Assembly: GCA_004022145.1 (NCBI GenBank)
Contig: RCNU01000020.1
Direction: 5' to 3' (one strand)
Length of the DNA: 64,000 nt
DNA from: Paecilomyces variotii
Lineage: Eukaryota
The first letter of the stretch is position 1, and every line of letters starts with the position of its first letter. Under the pieces are notes generated by a model. That model searched no databases. It was not told where the DNA came from and saw only the letters and a list, made by a program, of their open reading frames with translations. Positions 24,998-37,590 of this stretch are shown piece by piece. Both the position numbers and the translations under genes were made by a program.

Positions 24998-26266
24998 TTA
25001 AAATCGGTCGTTCAAGTCCCCTCCAACAATGGAAGCGTTTGCGGATGAGGAACCGGAGGAGAACCCACTACCTGGGTTCAGCATGTCCTGCACAGCAACC
25101 TTGGGGACCTGCGGGACAGGCAGTTTTCGCTGCGTGCCGTCTGGTCTCGACATGATATCACTGATGCTGGGGCCGTACGAGTGCTGATTGGTCGCGTAGA
25201 GGTTGGGGCCTTCAGGAGACGGTTCCATGGGGGCCAGCGCGGGAGTGTGCTGAAGAGACAGGTGCCGGATCGACGGCAGATGCAGGTCGTTGGAGCCATA
25301 TGGTCTTAGGCGCGGAGAGTGCGCAGGCGTTGCCAGAGGAGTGTGATCTGGTGTCGGTGAGAGCGAGTCGTGCGAGAAGGTAGGAGACGACGGAGCGGTC
25401 GAGTTCGGCGAATTCGGTCGGGATCGCTTGATCCGGTGGCCGTAGCCATCCTCATCCTCGGTCGAGTGGGAGCGGCTCATGCTGTGGGAGATAGCATAGG
25501 CAGACAAAGACGGGAGGCGACCACTGCTGTGGTGGTGACGGCCAAAGAGGTGGTGGTGACGAGAGCTGCCGTGGTGATGGTGGAAGCTGGGGTGGTCATC
25601 CCGCTCGACCTGTGATGCGGCCGTGGCCAGCAGGTTGATATCCATACCTGACGATGCCCGCTCCGAGTTGCGAGCATAGGGAGCCAGACCCGAGCGCATA
25701 TGCGTGGCATAGCTGGAGTACGAATGGGGCGGAGAGACATCCGGCGATCCCACCTGGGAGACGGGGGCGGATCTGGTGATGGGCTTGCTGGGAGGAGGCA
25801 TCATCGAGCCCGCAGCGCTCGCGATGGCATTCTCCTGGCCTGCAGCAGCGGCCGCAGCGGCCGCGATGTGTTGCGCCTTGTTACTCCTTCTCGAGTTGGG
25901 GTTGTTGTGAATGCGCGAGTGCCGGGTCAGCTCGTCGGAACGGCTGAAACGCTTGGTGCACCCGGGGTACTGGCAGGCATGAGGCTTCTCGCCCGTATGC
26001 GTTCGGATGTGTCTGGTCTGGTGCTCGAGACGGTGGAAGGCTCGATCGCAGAGAGGGCACTTGTAGGGACGAGGGAGGTCCTGTCGCACCTCTTCGGTGG
26101 CCGGCCGCGCACCCTTCATGAGAGGCGGTAGTAGACTGACCGATGAGGCCATTGTCGTGTTGTTCTGTTCTGCAGCGGATGGAGCAGTTTCGATGCGGTC
26201 CGCCTGGGACGACTCCTGGGGATTCAGCAGATTGGAGAAATCCACTGCTGAGGCCGGCGACGGCAT
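24998..26266 (-). CDS. creA: Carbon catabolite repressor CreA/Cre1 (C2H2 zinc fingers), 422 aa, intronless
   Basis: [16 protein letters not shown]; two C2H2 fingers ([48 protein letters not shown]); Ala tract; [30 protein letters not shown]. Confidence 0.98.
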   Translation of the reverse strand: MPSPASAVDFSNLLNPQESSQADRIETAPSAAEQNNTTMASSVSLLPPLMKGARPATEEVRQDLPRPYKCPLCDRAFHRLEHQTRHIRTHTGEKPHACQYPGCTKRFSRSDELTRHSRIHNNPNSRRSNKAQHIAAAAAAAAGQENAIASAAGSMMPPPSKPITRSAPVSQVGSPDVSPPHSYSSYATHMRSGLAPYARNSERASSGMDINLLATAASQVERDDHPSFHHHHGSSRHHHLFGRHHHSSGRLPSLSAYAISHSMSRSHSTEDEDGYGHRIKRSRPNSPNSTAPSSPTFSHDSLSPTPDHTPLATPAHSPRLRPYGSNDLHLPSIRHLSLQHTPALAPMEPSPEGPNLYATNQHSYGPSISDIMSRPDGTQRKLPVPQVPKVAVQDMLNPGSGFSSGSSSANASIVGGDLNDRF

Positions 26267-26448
26267 GTGAAAGAGCCTGGAGCGGACTTCACAGTGGCGG
26301 CGGGACAGGGCCGTAGATATGTCCTGCGCAATGCGGATGATCGCAGACGATGACTGTCGATCAACGTAATTGCCAGAGCGATCCCAGCAAGGAGGTCGAT
26401 CTGGGGCAGGCAATTGCGCAAGAGGCAGCGGAAATCCCGAGGTCCTTT

Positions 26449-26468
26449 GGGGGGGGGGGGGGGGGGGG
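26449..26468 (+). repeat. G20 homopolymer (C20 in the creA leader)
   Basis: Read directly from the sequence. Confidence 0.9.
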
Positions 26469-26849
26469 AGATAAAAAAATCTCCACGGGGAAGAAGTCAA
26501 TGATGCGATGTCAGTGGTAGTGGGATAGGCAGGTGAGGGTCGCGGGGGACCGGATATATGGAAGGGTTGAAGTATAGGATTGGGAATGTGAGGAGGGTTG
26601 GAGCAACGCTGCCGGGGGAGGAATCTGGAGAAGAAGAGGGATGATCTGGGGGAGGCGTAGATGTAAGGAAGACGGAGGAAGGGAGGAATGGAGGGGAAGA
26701 AGAGGACAAGCGACGGAGACAGTTCGGGGGGTTTAGAGGGGGGGGGGGTATCCGAATCGGGGGTTGCAGGTGAAGAAATGAGGGTGGATATTTTGGGAGG
26801 GTTTATTGGGGAGGGTTTAGTGTGTGGGGGAGCCAGACAAGTACAAGAC

Positions 26850-28026
26850 AAGACCAGACCAGACCAGATCAGGTCAGGTCAGGTCAGAGGAGGGAGGATG
26901 GAGGAGGGAGGAGGGGAGCGAAGTAGAGGGAAAGAAGAGAAAAGCAAAGTAAGATAAAAATTTTCAATCAATCAATCCATCCATCCATCCATCCATGAAT
27001 TTAGTGGTTTAGTGACTGCCTCGTCTTTCTCTTCTGGGCGACCGTTCGCCGTCCTTCTTGTTCACCGAAGAACAGAACAGCTTCAGTTTTCTCCCGTTCC
27101 CAGCCAAAGTCGCCGTTCCAAGTGGAGAGTCGCGCCGGAAGGCAAAAAGGGAAAAAACGCGATGGGAATGTGGGGCATCGAACGAGCTGCCGGTGCGTGT
27201 CCCGTAGGGCCGTGTCGACTGGCCTTTTGGTCTATCTAGTCTAGGCGTGCCGGCTACCGCGGGTGATCTGGAGGTGCAAATGCTCTCCGGACGCCCACTC
27301 CGGGGTTGCTCCGGGTCCAACTAGGCAGGCGGATACATTTATTTTATTTTATTAGATAGATAGATAGATCTACAGGACCAGCAGGAAGGGAACGAGGAAA
27401 CAAACAAATAAATAAATAAAGAAAGAGATGACATCCAGACAGACTAAGATACTGCTATTAATCTTGAGGGAAAGACACCCATAGAACCGAGTACAACAGC
27501 CACTTGCTGCACGATGCCAATAATGATGCTGCCATGAGGTGATGACGACCACGACTGGCGTCTGGGGGAGCGGAGGGCCAGACCGTCCGCGCATCCACGG
27601 GGAAGGCCGTGGGCGAAGGAAGCTTCAGGGATGATACCATCGCTGATTCATTCATCATCATCGTAACTATCTAACTTAACATAGATACTCTTAACTTAAT
27701 TATCCTACTCTCCTCTCTTCCCCCCCGGGCGGCAGATCGACTGGCTAGCTGACCTTGGTCGTATCGTATCGTATCGTAGCGTAGCGCAGCGTAGAGTACG
27801 GAGTAGATCCGTACAGTATTCTAAAAATTACACCCGCTTTCTTCCTTCTCATCGTCAGTAGATAAACTGATAATAATACTCTCCCTCTCACTCCTTTCTC
27901 GAGGGTGTAGGAAACATCTAGCGATCTGATCAGGAGGCTTGATCAGGAGGCTTGATCTATCGCGCGTACGACCACCAACCCACAGGTCATTCATTCATTC
28001 ATTCATTCATTCATTCATTCATTCAT
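26850..28026. repeat. Microsatellite-rich creA upstream region: (AGACC)n/(TCAGG)n, (CCAT)n, (GATA)n, (CGTAT)n, a 13-bp tandem TGATCAGGAGGCT (27927-27957) and (CATT)n (27988-28026)
   Basis: Read directly from the sequence. Confidence 0.85.
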
Positions 28027-31000
28027 GGCCAACAACCTCCTGCACCGTCCAGCTGAGCGCCCCTCCTCCTCCTCATCCGCCCCGGACACGACATCAGCTG
28101 CCTCACCAGCGAAGAAGAAAAACTTATTATCTGATAGTAGTTAATTAGTTAGTGACTTCCTGAGAGCATCCGGAGAGAGCTGCTCCGGACTGGAGAAGCG
28201 AGCAAGCGCACGAAAATCGATCGGGAGCGGGTGAGATGTGGGGGAAACACCAGGCAGCCTCGCGACCGACCGTACCCGGCCCGAGTCTCTCCAACTAAAA
28301 AAAGCAGGGCAAGACGCTCCGGATCACTAGATATTATTACTGCGACTGCACGCCCAAAAGCCATCGGGGATAGACGGGAACTCGGTTCCAATGGCATCCT
28401 TCGATAGTCCTGGCTGAGACGAGATAAGGCGTCGCTCTGGGAAGATAATAATCATCATCATTCATTTACAGATCCTACCGTGAACGGCATGAATGATAAG
28501 CCAAAAACCATCTCCCTCCTCTCCATCGGCCGATGCCAGGGACCGGTCCGCCCCAGGCTCTGACCTCCGCCCCAAAGCCGAGAAATTGCCAGGCATGCCG
28601 CGTCCGTTCCAGCTGCGACGCACTTTTTCGCCCCTGCGCCGTCCGGACTAGACTAGCAAGCTCTTTTTTTGGTGGCAGCAATCTCTCCGCAGTGCGCACA
28701 CTGCTAGATATGGATTTGGTCCTTTTTCTCTTTCTTTTTTTTTCTTTTTTCTTTTTTTTTCCCTCTCCCATGGGGCTCCACCTCCTGCTGCTACCACTAG
28801 CGACTGATAACGCGATCGAGTCGTCCTGCTCCTTCGGACAACCCCCGACACTAGCCCTCATTCCAGACCAGGAACAGCGAGGCCTCGATGGGTCGTAGAT
28901 GGCGATAGATTCTAAACGAACTGTTCGACGCAGATTTTTCTTACGGAGTAAACCTGCATTACTTCCATCGAATGTTGCCCAAATCTCTTTGTCCAAGCGG
29001 CAGCCGCACCACCTAATAGCAGCTGAGTCAGCATTTTCCCTGCGCGAAGAAAAAAAAGGAAAAAGGAAACGCCCCAGATTTGTGCACGGACAACGCCCCG
29101 GGCTACTACTAGTACTAGATGGATGGTGGCTCATCCTTATCCCACAACTTCCGTGACGTGACCGGTCCGTAGCTCGCTTAGAGCCTGATATGGCTGCAGG
29201 AAGCAGGACGAAAACCAAAAGGATCAATCTCACAAGCTAGATATCTATCTACCTGACTATCTCCCTACTCTGGAGTAACTACTACTATATAGAACTTCCT
29301 CCCCCATCTTCAGTTCACCCTCCCCCGGTTGGTTCCTGGCCCCGCGATCCCGTAGTATTACTAGATACGGGGTAGCCGACGCTAGGATTATACCTGGGGT
29401 TGTTGTTCAGGGGTCTCTAACCGGTCTTGCCGGGAAAGAATTTCATATCGTAGATACCGTTCGCGGTGTATCTTCGGACCAAGTGGCCTGTTTCGTAGAG
29501 ATGCAGAGATGAAACCTCGAGCCGAGGCACGAGCAGGAATCTCACTGGCCACGACATCAGTAACAACGCCGATGAGCTGGTCTCCCCGGAACTATCCAGG
29601 TGCTATCGGTTTTCTCAGGGGGGCCCTGGGGCGCAGGTCGTGACCGCGTTGACGGCTGCGATAGGTTAGATCTCCTTTTCTCCAGACTGTGATCAACCGC
29701 GGGATCTATCTATCGCAAGTTCAAGTCCAAATTGAAGCCTGCCACGGAGTCCCAGGACGGCAGCTCCGGGCCGTCGAAACGAAGCAGGAAGCTGGTGTGG
29801 AGCGCAGAAAAGCAAAGAAAGAGCAGAAACAGATGCCCCTGGCCCATCGCTCTGGCACGACTTCATGATAAACAGGGGCAAAGTAAAACCCATCGCTGAT
29901 CCCGACGAGTCGCCGGGCCATTCGACGCCAGATCTTCGTCGCATCACTTTCTTTCTACGGGAGTCATAATATGCCATGTCACTATTATTGTCGCGGCCTA
30001 ACTACGGAGCCGCATAGCATCACTTGAGGTCACCTTCGGGGAGAAGTTAATGGTTTGTGCAAGATATCGTCTTGCATCATCATCATCATCACCGTCTCTT
30101 TCGAATGGCTGGCATCTCCGCCCGGGGCTTTTTCTGACCGATTCAACAACAGAAAGTCAATAGTTCCGTAATCCTTACCAGGAAAATCGGGGAAAGCTTG
30201 CTCATGTAATAATGAGAATTATTTACAGCCCTGGCTCAAAAAGAAAACATGCTCAGGAACCAGTGTCTGGACTTCGACCGACCAAGGTCCACGCACTACT
30301 CCGTATGCATCCAGCTCTTTCAGGCCTCCTCACGGATACGCACCGATGATGGAAATCTAGAGAAGGATCACGAGCAAGGATCGCCATTATCGATGATCGC
30401 AGGGATCTCCCAGCCCGGTGAATAGCCTAATAATAATAATAATATTAGAGGATTAATAATAATAATAATAATATCGCCAATAATGCCAGCATGACGTGTC
30501 CATCATCCCATTCCGATCTTCGTCAGTTTCCCCTGTCGGAAGAGGGTAAAGTGTCGGGTAAAAACTGGAGCGGGATGCGGACCTGGGGAAAATTCAAAAG
30601 ATCCTGACTTTCGTTCTTCCGCCCCTCAGTCAGCCTCGACTTGAGATCCCGTCGGTCCAATAACCTCGTTCGATCTCCTGTTGTTGTTATTTATCGTAAC
30701 TTCCTCGCAGGCCACTTGCGACGCAGGCACGGCTGAAGCTCACCCGTCTTTGTCAGGCAATGACAGCTGTTCCTCGCTCACGCCACCGACCGCCCCCATC
30801 TGCTCTGGAGTAGAAGTACATACATAGTATTATTACATACATATGTAACTTCCGTTTGTCGGAGGAATCGACTCGTGAGGCTGGCTTACTCCGGAGTCCG
30901 TACAACCTCTTCCGGCGGTTTCCTTCCATGAGAAGAAAAAAACAAGGAAGAAGACAGATTTTCTACTCTATTGGTACACTATCTACAACTAACTATATCC

Positions 31001-33792
31001 GAACCCCACGATAAATGAGTAGATTCCCCCGTCTCTACTTTATCTACTCCGTAGTGCGGGCGACGGATAAGTCGATGGCCACTAGTAGATATCAACCCGG
31101 ATAGTGTGGGGTGACTTTTCAGACCCGATGGCTTGCATTCTAGGTAGAGTAACGTAGTACAGTAGGTAGTAGTCTATCTATGCGGTTCGACTAGGGCCAG
31201 GATAATAATAATACCATATTCCCACACAAGTCAGGTCCCAGAAAATGGGCGCGATGCTTTCCTTACCTCCCCCGGCCGCAAAAAGAGGGCTGATCCCTGA
31301 TTTACCCGCAGATAAGTGATCGCCGCTAAAGATGCCGGGGAGTGCCACCCGGAACGATCTTCGCCCAAGAAAGAATCTCTTCCCCTCACTCTCCCCACGA
31401 GCTGGGGTACACGGAGTAGTATCACCGATTCTTTTTACCCCAGACTGGGGAAAGGTTGAATGGTAGAACGGATTGGGAGATCACTTCCTACTGCATACTA
31501 CTCTCCTGACTACATGAATATAACAGCGGAACTGCAAACATAATTACACTCTATGACACGAGACCATCCTGTTGTTAAGTGATCGACGGAGTCTAACTGG
31601 AAGACTCAATGCGGAGCCGCTTCCCCGACGAAGACCAACCCCCTCATTCCTTTCCCGGACATAACACTCCGGTCTCGCACGACACAACAAAGGCGGGCCT
31701 CTTCTCCTGCAACTTTTCGCTTCCAACGGCATCGAAGCTCGTCCTGGATGGACGATGGTCGAAACAAGAAGAATTAAAGACAGGCTCAGAAGATCGTATG
31801 ACGCGATCGCCGTCTAATGAACGGGGAAGTCTACCGAAAATGCATACGGAGAGGATGCGTATCGCATCATTTACTACTGTCGATGGTTCGGTGTTTGCTC
31901 CAGATAGAGGCTATCTCCAGACGTTTGATCGACTGCTGCTTCGAGTGATTGCTTCGTGTTCTGGAAACACCCTCGTTGCTAGGCGCGATCTTTTCTTTTT
32001 CGATTGTTGATCGAGAATCGAGATCAAGATCGAGTGACTCACCTTCTGCTGATGTGTTGCCATCTCTCCGCTAACAATAGTCCGTCTCACATGAGCAACC
32101 GTCTCTGTGATATCTTCCCTCCCGTCGTGGCTTTCGTCGACTCACCGTTTTCTTGCAGCCATGTCATCGCTCACCGTTGCTTGGACACCCACTGTTGGAG
32201 ATCTTCATCACTCCGCATTTTCCATGTGAGCACCTTGGCAACAGCGTAGGACAGAGTGGACGCCACCACGGCTACTTCGTGGGTTGACTCATGGATACAT
32301 CATGACTAACTTAACTGTCGCGATAACCTTGCGTGGCCCTGGCCGTCTAACTATCGTGGATTCCTCATTAGGCGTTGCTGTGACCTCACATAAGCTTGAA
32401 CAAAGTCAAGAATGACCCCACAATCAGGGGACTGCGAGACAATAATTATTCCGAGACTGCGACGGGAAAGACTGTCGGACGGAAGGGTACCATAAATAGA
32501 TAACCGGGTTCTGGCACTCTGATGTTGACAGTCTGGACTCTTCGATGTTGACGTTGATGGAGGTTAACGTTGAAGTTAAACCAGCTGGTTTCCCAGGTCG
32601 TGACACCATCAGGTTGCCTGGAAATCGCATCATTCGCCCGTATATCCTGACGTCGTGGCCGGTGGGTTGGCGGCACTCAGGAATTCTTGACGTAAGCGGA
32701 AACTCGCTTGGCCAGCGATGATTTTCGTACCCAGCGCCCAAGACCCGGGGGAAAGGGCTGAAACCTGGGGAAGATAGATAGGTCACTTGGAGCGATGATC
32801 GTGGTCCTGATTTCAGGATTTGCGCGCGACACCAGCGGACTCCGATGATGAAGCGCTCCGGGTCCCCCCGAGCAATGTGATGATACGATTGAGCGCAGAG
32901 GGATGCTCAGACTATCTCCAAAACGCTTCTTTCCGTTTCCAAATCTGATTCCATCTGGGATTGGGTGTCGCGCGTTGGTCAACTACTTGGAGTATAGACT
33001 ACTAGCTGAGCTCAGTTGGCGCTGAAGTCCTATCTATCTACGCTTAAGGAAGCTCTCTCCGCATTGCTAACGGCGACGTCCCTGGGGCTAAAGCATACAG
33101 CACCAATCAGCCCAAGTTGGCCGATCAGGCCCACAGCTTCTGGAACACGGTTTAGCCTTTTCCCCGGTTCCGTCAGCGGGCAGCCAATCCGAGTACGCCC
33201 TGCAGTATCTAAGGTACTCGATATCTCTGAGGGAGCTGATACCGAGGAGGGAGTGGACAATAATAATACGGAGTAATAATAACAAATTACCAGCGGAAAG
33301 ACACTTAGGCTGATCTCTTGCTCCTATCTCTGCGCATCTGACAGGCTATCCTTTCTACCAAGCCCAAAAAAATAAAAATAAAAAAAGTAGATAAAAATAA
33401 CACGAGAAGCACTGCACGCCAATCATGCGAGAACATCACACGGTGTCTCAATTCTCTCCGTATCTTGCGACACCAAGTTAATGCTCTCCTTTGCCGCGCC
33501 TTGCGCACCCTCCCCTCCAGATAGGTTCCGGCGGGCGATCCTGCAACGGGGATATCCGGGGTTCATTCCGGAAGATGATTTCCGGGTTCCAACGGAGCCC
33601 CAGACAGTTCAGCTGTTACAGTGTTTGTGATATATCTAGCATAGACACGTTTGAGGAAGTTTCATCGGTGTGGTTCAGCTGTGGTCTTGTAGATGCGACA
33701 ACGTGTACGGCGCTGTAAGAGTACTTAAGAGTACGTAGTCTTGGCTTTCGGTGAAGGACTCCGGTGGGGCTTTCCCCATCTGGACGAGTTTA

Positions 33793-33795
<3 letters not shown>

Positions 33796-33833
<38 letters not shown>
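33796..33833 (+). repeat. Long poly(A) tract (~38 nt)
   Basis: Read directly from the sequence. Confidence 0.9.
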
Positions 33834-33834
<1 letters not shown>

Positions 33835-35616
33835 AATAAAATTCTGGCCCAAAGTCACCTTATCACGTGCAAACAGGTCATCTTCACATGTCTACTCCAT
33901 TTCTCCAGGGGAATGTCGGTCATGCCACTAGATAGAGATAAAGAGTCGGATCAGATCAAATCAGGCAGTTATTCCTAGTAGTAGTAATAGTAAATAATGT
34001 ATGTATTACGCATGCGCCATCGACTTGTCCAGACACTCGTCTTAACTTTCCATCCCACTCCTTGAGAAAGAATGTCTCTCTTCTGCCTGTCGCACACCAT
34101 CGCGAACTGTTCGAGGCTGACCTGACGGAGCCCCCGCGCCACCCCGTCTGGGTTGGTTGCGTCATTCCCCAGGCGCAATGATGTGCAGCGATCCGGGGGG
34201 CGCAGACGACGGATTCTCTCCAGGCGGTGGAGAAGCATTCCATTCCATGCTGTTCTCTACCATTATTATTGGCATATTATTATTCGGGTCATCCCGCGGC
34301 TGGTCTGGGCATCCCCTCGGGTCTTTTCGGGGTCACCGGTCGGCCGTTGGGCGACGGGCGAGGACCTCCGGAGGCAGAGAGAGTAGTCGAGTTCGACAGC
34401 TCTCAAACGGTCCCCGGTGAGGCCCGCATTCTTCTTCCCCAACGCCGAGTCTGTCCCGAGGACAAAGTGGACTGATGCCAGCGCGACAGCCACCGTCCGC
34501 CGAGCTGCAAGGGAACCGCAGAGAAATCTATCGAGGACTTGCTTCACTACTATCTATCTACTTTACCTCTTGTCTCTTCGGCACTTGGAGCCGTCAAGCA
34601 GCCGTGCTCTTGCTGTGCATATTTTTTTTGCTACTGTTATTAGTCTACTCGCCAGAACTAACCGACCAGCTATCTATGGCGCCCCCAAAGGTCCTTTTTG
34701 TGGTCTTTTGCCTAAAAAGGAGGCCCTCAAATAATAATAATGCAGCTCATAGCTTCATGTACCACAAACAGAGTGGGGACAAGGGGACAAGGGCCAGCGA
34801 TCGAGTTTCCCCGGGTTCACGTTCCTTCGACCATGCCAAGCCTGCGTCGTACTACTAAGTATATCCCACCACCTAACTAACAACTATACAGAATTATCAT
34901 TACAGATTGTTTCGTGTCAGGAAGGGCAGAGTTCATCTGTGGTTTGATTTTTCATCGCTACTTTCTTTTCGTTCTCACATATACATCTGCTTCTTCCAGT
35001 CACTGTCGCAGATGAGAGGCCTGACAGAGGGAAGAGCTGTTCTGTTCGATCCTCAACCGCTCGCATGATCTCGCCGCCTCGCGGCTCCTAGCATGGCTGC
35101 CCCGCTCATCTCTTCTCTTCTCTGCTTCGGGGCCAGGAACTTCGAATAATATGATGTTTTGAGTAGGTAGTGTCTGCAGCAATCCATTATTATTATTATG
35201 TTTACCACTACTTAACATGCCGTTCACTACCTGTTGCTTCTCACGCGAGTCCTCTGACCTACCACCCGGAGTGCACGCCGATGCGCCTGGAGGAAAAGCC
35301 GTCTTTTCGCCGAGATAACTAGGGCTTGGGAAATGGAAGCCCTAAGGGTGAAGCTTGTCCCGATGCGGTCAGAATGTTCCAATCAGGGTTTGCGCTCTTG
35401 TTATTCTGCCGCCTGTCACCGCTCGCAGAGGTACCGGTCCTGGAGAGGGTCAGCGTTGCTGCTCTCGTCGTGTGGTTCACTGAAGAGCTTCATGAAGCTG
35501 CTCCGGACCGGTTCATGCGCTTGGGTTTGATCTCTTGTTCGGTCCTGACCGTCTCAGTTGCTTGATTTGAGCCCCTCTGCCTCTCGGTCTGCTATCGAAT
35601 CTCTGTAACGGCCGTC

Positions 35617-36462
35617 ATGGCGCCCCCGCGACAGCGTGCCCCAGCGAACCTAGACGATTCCCGCTCAGAAGCCTCCAGCGGCACCAGAGAACACAAGGGA
35701 GCCGGTTCGAAGAGTAGAAAACCGGCCAATGTATCTGCTGCGGCTATTTCGATGGCTACAAAGGATATGAGAGTGGCAGCCACCGTTGCCACTGTCAGCG
35801 GTCTTCCCACCAGTGAAGAAGCTAGACTGTCGGAAGAATTGCCTGCAGTGAGTATTATTTCTTACCCGTCGAAGCGATCATGAGGATTCGGGTGTCCTTT
35901 CATAAAGCCAGTTGCCATCATGATAACAGCACTCCTTTCCATCTTCTTGTCTGATTGATCGTGGTTACTGATCGTCTTTCGAATCCGTTAGATCCCCTGG
36001 TCCGACATGTCCCTCGCGACACTGCATGATTATCGGCACGCTTTCCGACTCTCCACCCCCAGCGCCTATTCTCGATCATACAATCGAATCCTCCTCTCAC
36101 AGGGAATTGGTCTCCGGTCACCGACTGCTATTGCTGCTCGACGGGCGCAGTTGACCAAATCTTCCCGCGAGCTGAACGGTCCCGCCCCGGAAAAGGATAT
36201 TTCGGATTCCGCCTCCACGGGCACCCTACCAGGTCAGGTTATCAGCCAACACACCATCTACCCAAGTGGCAGGGGACTCGACACTCCTCGTCTGCACCGT
36301 ATAATCGGCCAAGGTCGTGTGAGTAAGGATCAGCTCGCCCTGGCGGTACGCAAGCACTTCAACTCTGCCGGACTCGTGGAACAGGAAGCAGTCGTGCGCT
36401 TCCTCTACAAAGTTCGCGAGGAGGGGAAAGGTCGGGAGTTTCGACTGCGGTTCCAACCCTGA
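35617..36462 (+). CDS. sap30: Histone deacetylase complex subunit SAP30 (Sin3-binding domain), ~233 aa; intron 35848-35991
   Basis: C-terminal LALAVRKHFNS...EQEAVVRFLYKV and the LHDYRHAFRL motif. The GT-AG intron joins two ORFs in frame. Confidence 0.85.
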
Positions 36463-37590
36463 CGACTAGTCGTTTTCCTATGGCTTGTGTTGTCATTACG
36501 GTCTGCCACTACCAGTCCGACTGAAAGCTCGCAACACTCTCTGCAGCCCCGCAACCCGCGTCCAGTCCCGTTCAGTACACGGCTACAACACAGACTTGAA
36601 CTCCTGCCTTTTCCCCTTTCCCCTTATAATTCTTTGCATGGTTGATACCCAAGGGCGTTTTGAGGTCTCACATTTGCTTTTTCCTGGAACGCAACAACGG
36701 TTTCTCCTCATCCTACTCCATTCCGCTGTCACCTTGGTTCATCTTCAGACCTGGTTCGTTTATATGTGTGTGTATATATTATACTCTTCCCTCCCGGTCT
36801 CCAGTACGGGTTCGGATGGCGTTTATAGGATTTATGGATGGCATGGTATATTATATCGACTACAGTGTTTCATGTGTTTTATCTCAGATAGAGTCAGATA
36901 AGCCGACCAATGGAGTTATATATCTTCATCTTTATCCCCCCTGAGTCTATATCATTAAGATTGCATCTGTATATCATAGTTACTCTTTATGCGCGTATGT
37001 GTATTTACTTTAAATTAATCAGAAGATACAGATATATATATATATATCTGTATGCGTGAATGTATATTACCCATATCTATCCAAGACGTCATCGCCACCT
37101 TTCTACAATATGCTCGAAACCAACGCTCTTCACATATATATATATACCTCTTTTAGGGGACTATGCTATACTCGATTACACACATGCGTATGCGCGTATG
37201 TATATATATATCGTTGGGATTCGAGGTTACGGATCATGGTATATATTACTGAATGGAAACCAAGATAACTATAGCAGTCCAAGCGATGAATAAGCAAGGA
37301 TAAGTTGCATTCGGGAGTATAAACATGATACCTTAAGTGTACGGCGTCCGAGTTCCACACGTAATACACGCATATACACGCTCGAGCGACAAGAAGCAAA
37401 GCAAAAAATATCTATCTCAGAAATAGGCACCACCATGCATGAGATGAGGAAGAAATGTTGAAGGAAGACATTCAAAATAAAATAAAATAAAAAGAAACTA
37501 GGCCGACCCAATTCATCGTATCTGTGATTATTCTCCTCATTCCATCATATCTCCGTATCTTTGCATTGTTGCTTTGCTTGTTCATGCTCT

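Noticed and set aside
28475..29233. 252-aa minus-strand ORF upstream of creA
   Set aside because: Non-AUG start, low complexity with a poly-A-derived Lys run, and no domain features.
31870..32063. Possible spliced mini-gene MATHQQK|NTKQSLE... (~35 aa, minus strand)
   Set aside because: Weak branch point, very short, and no homology evidence.
36900..37450. TA/TG-rich stretch considered as a MITE or hairpin
   Set aside because: No terminal inverted repeats or target-site duplication; typical convergent terminator region.
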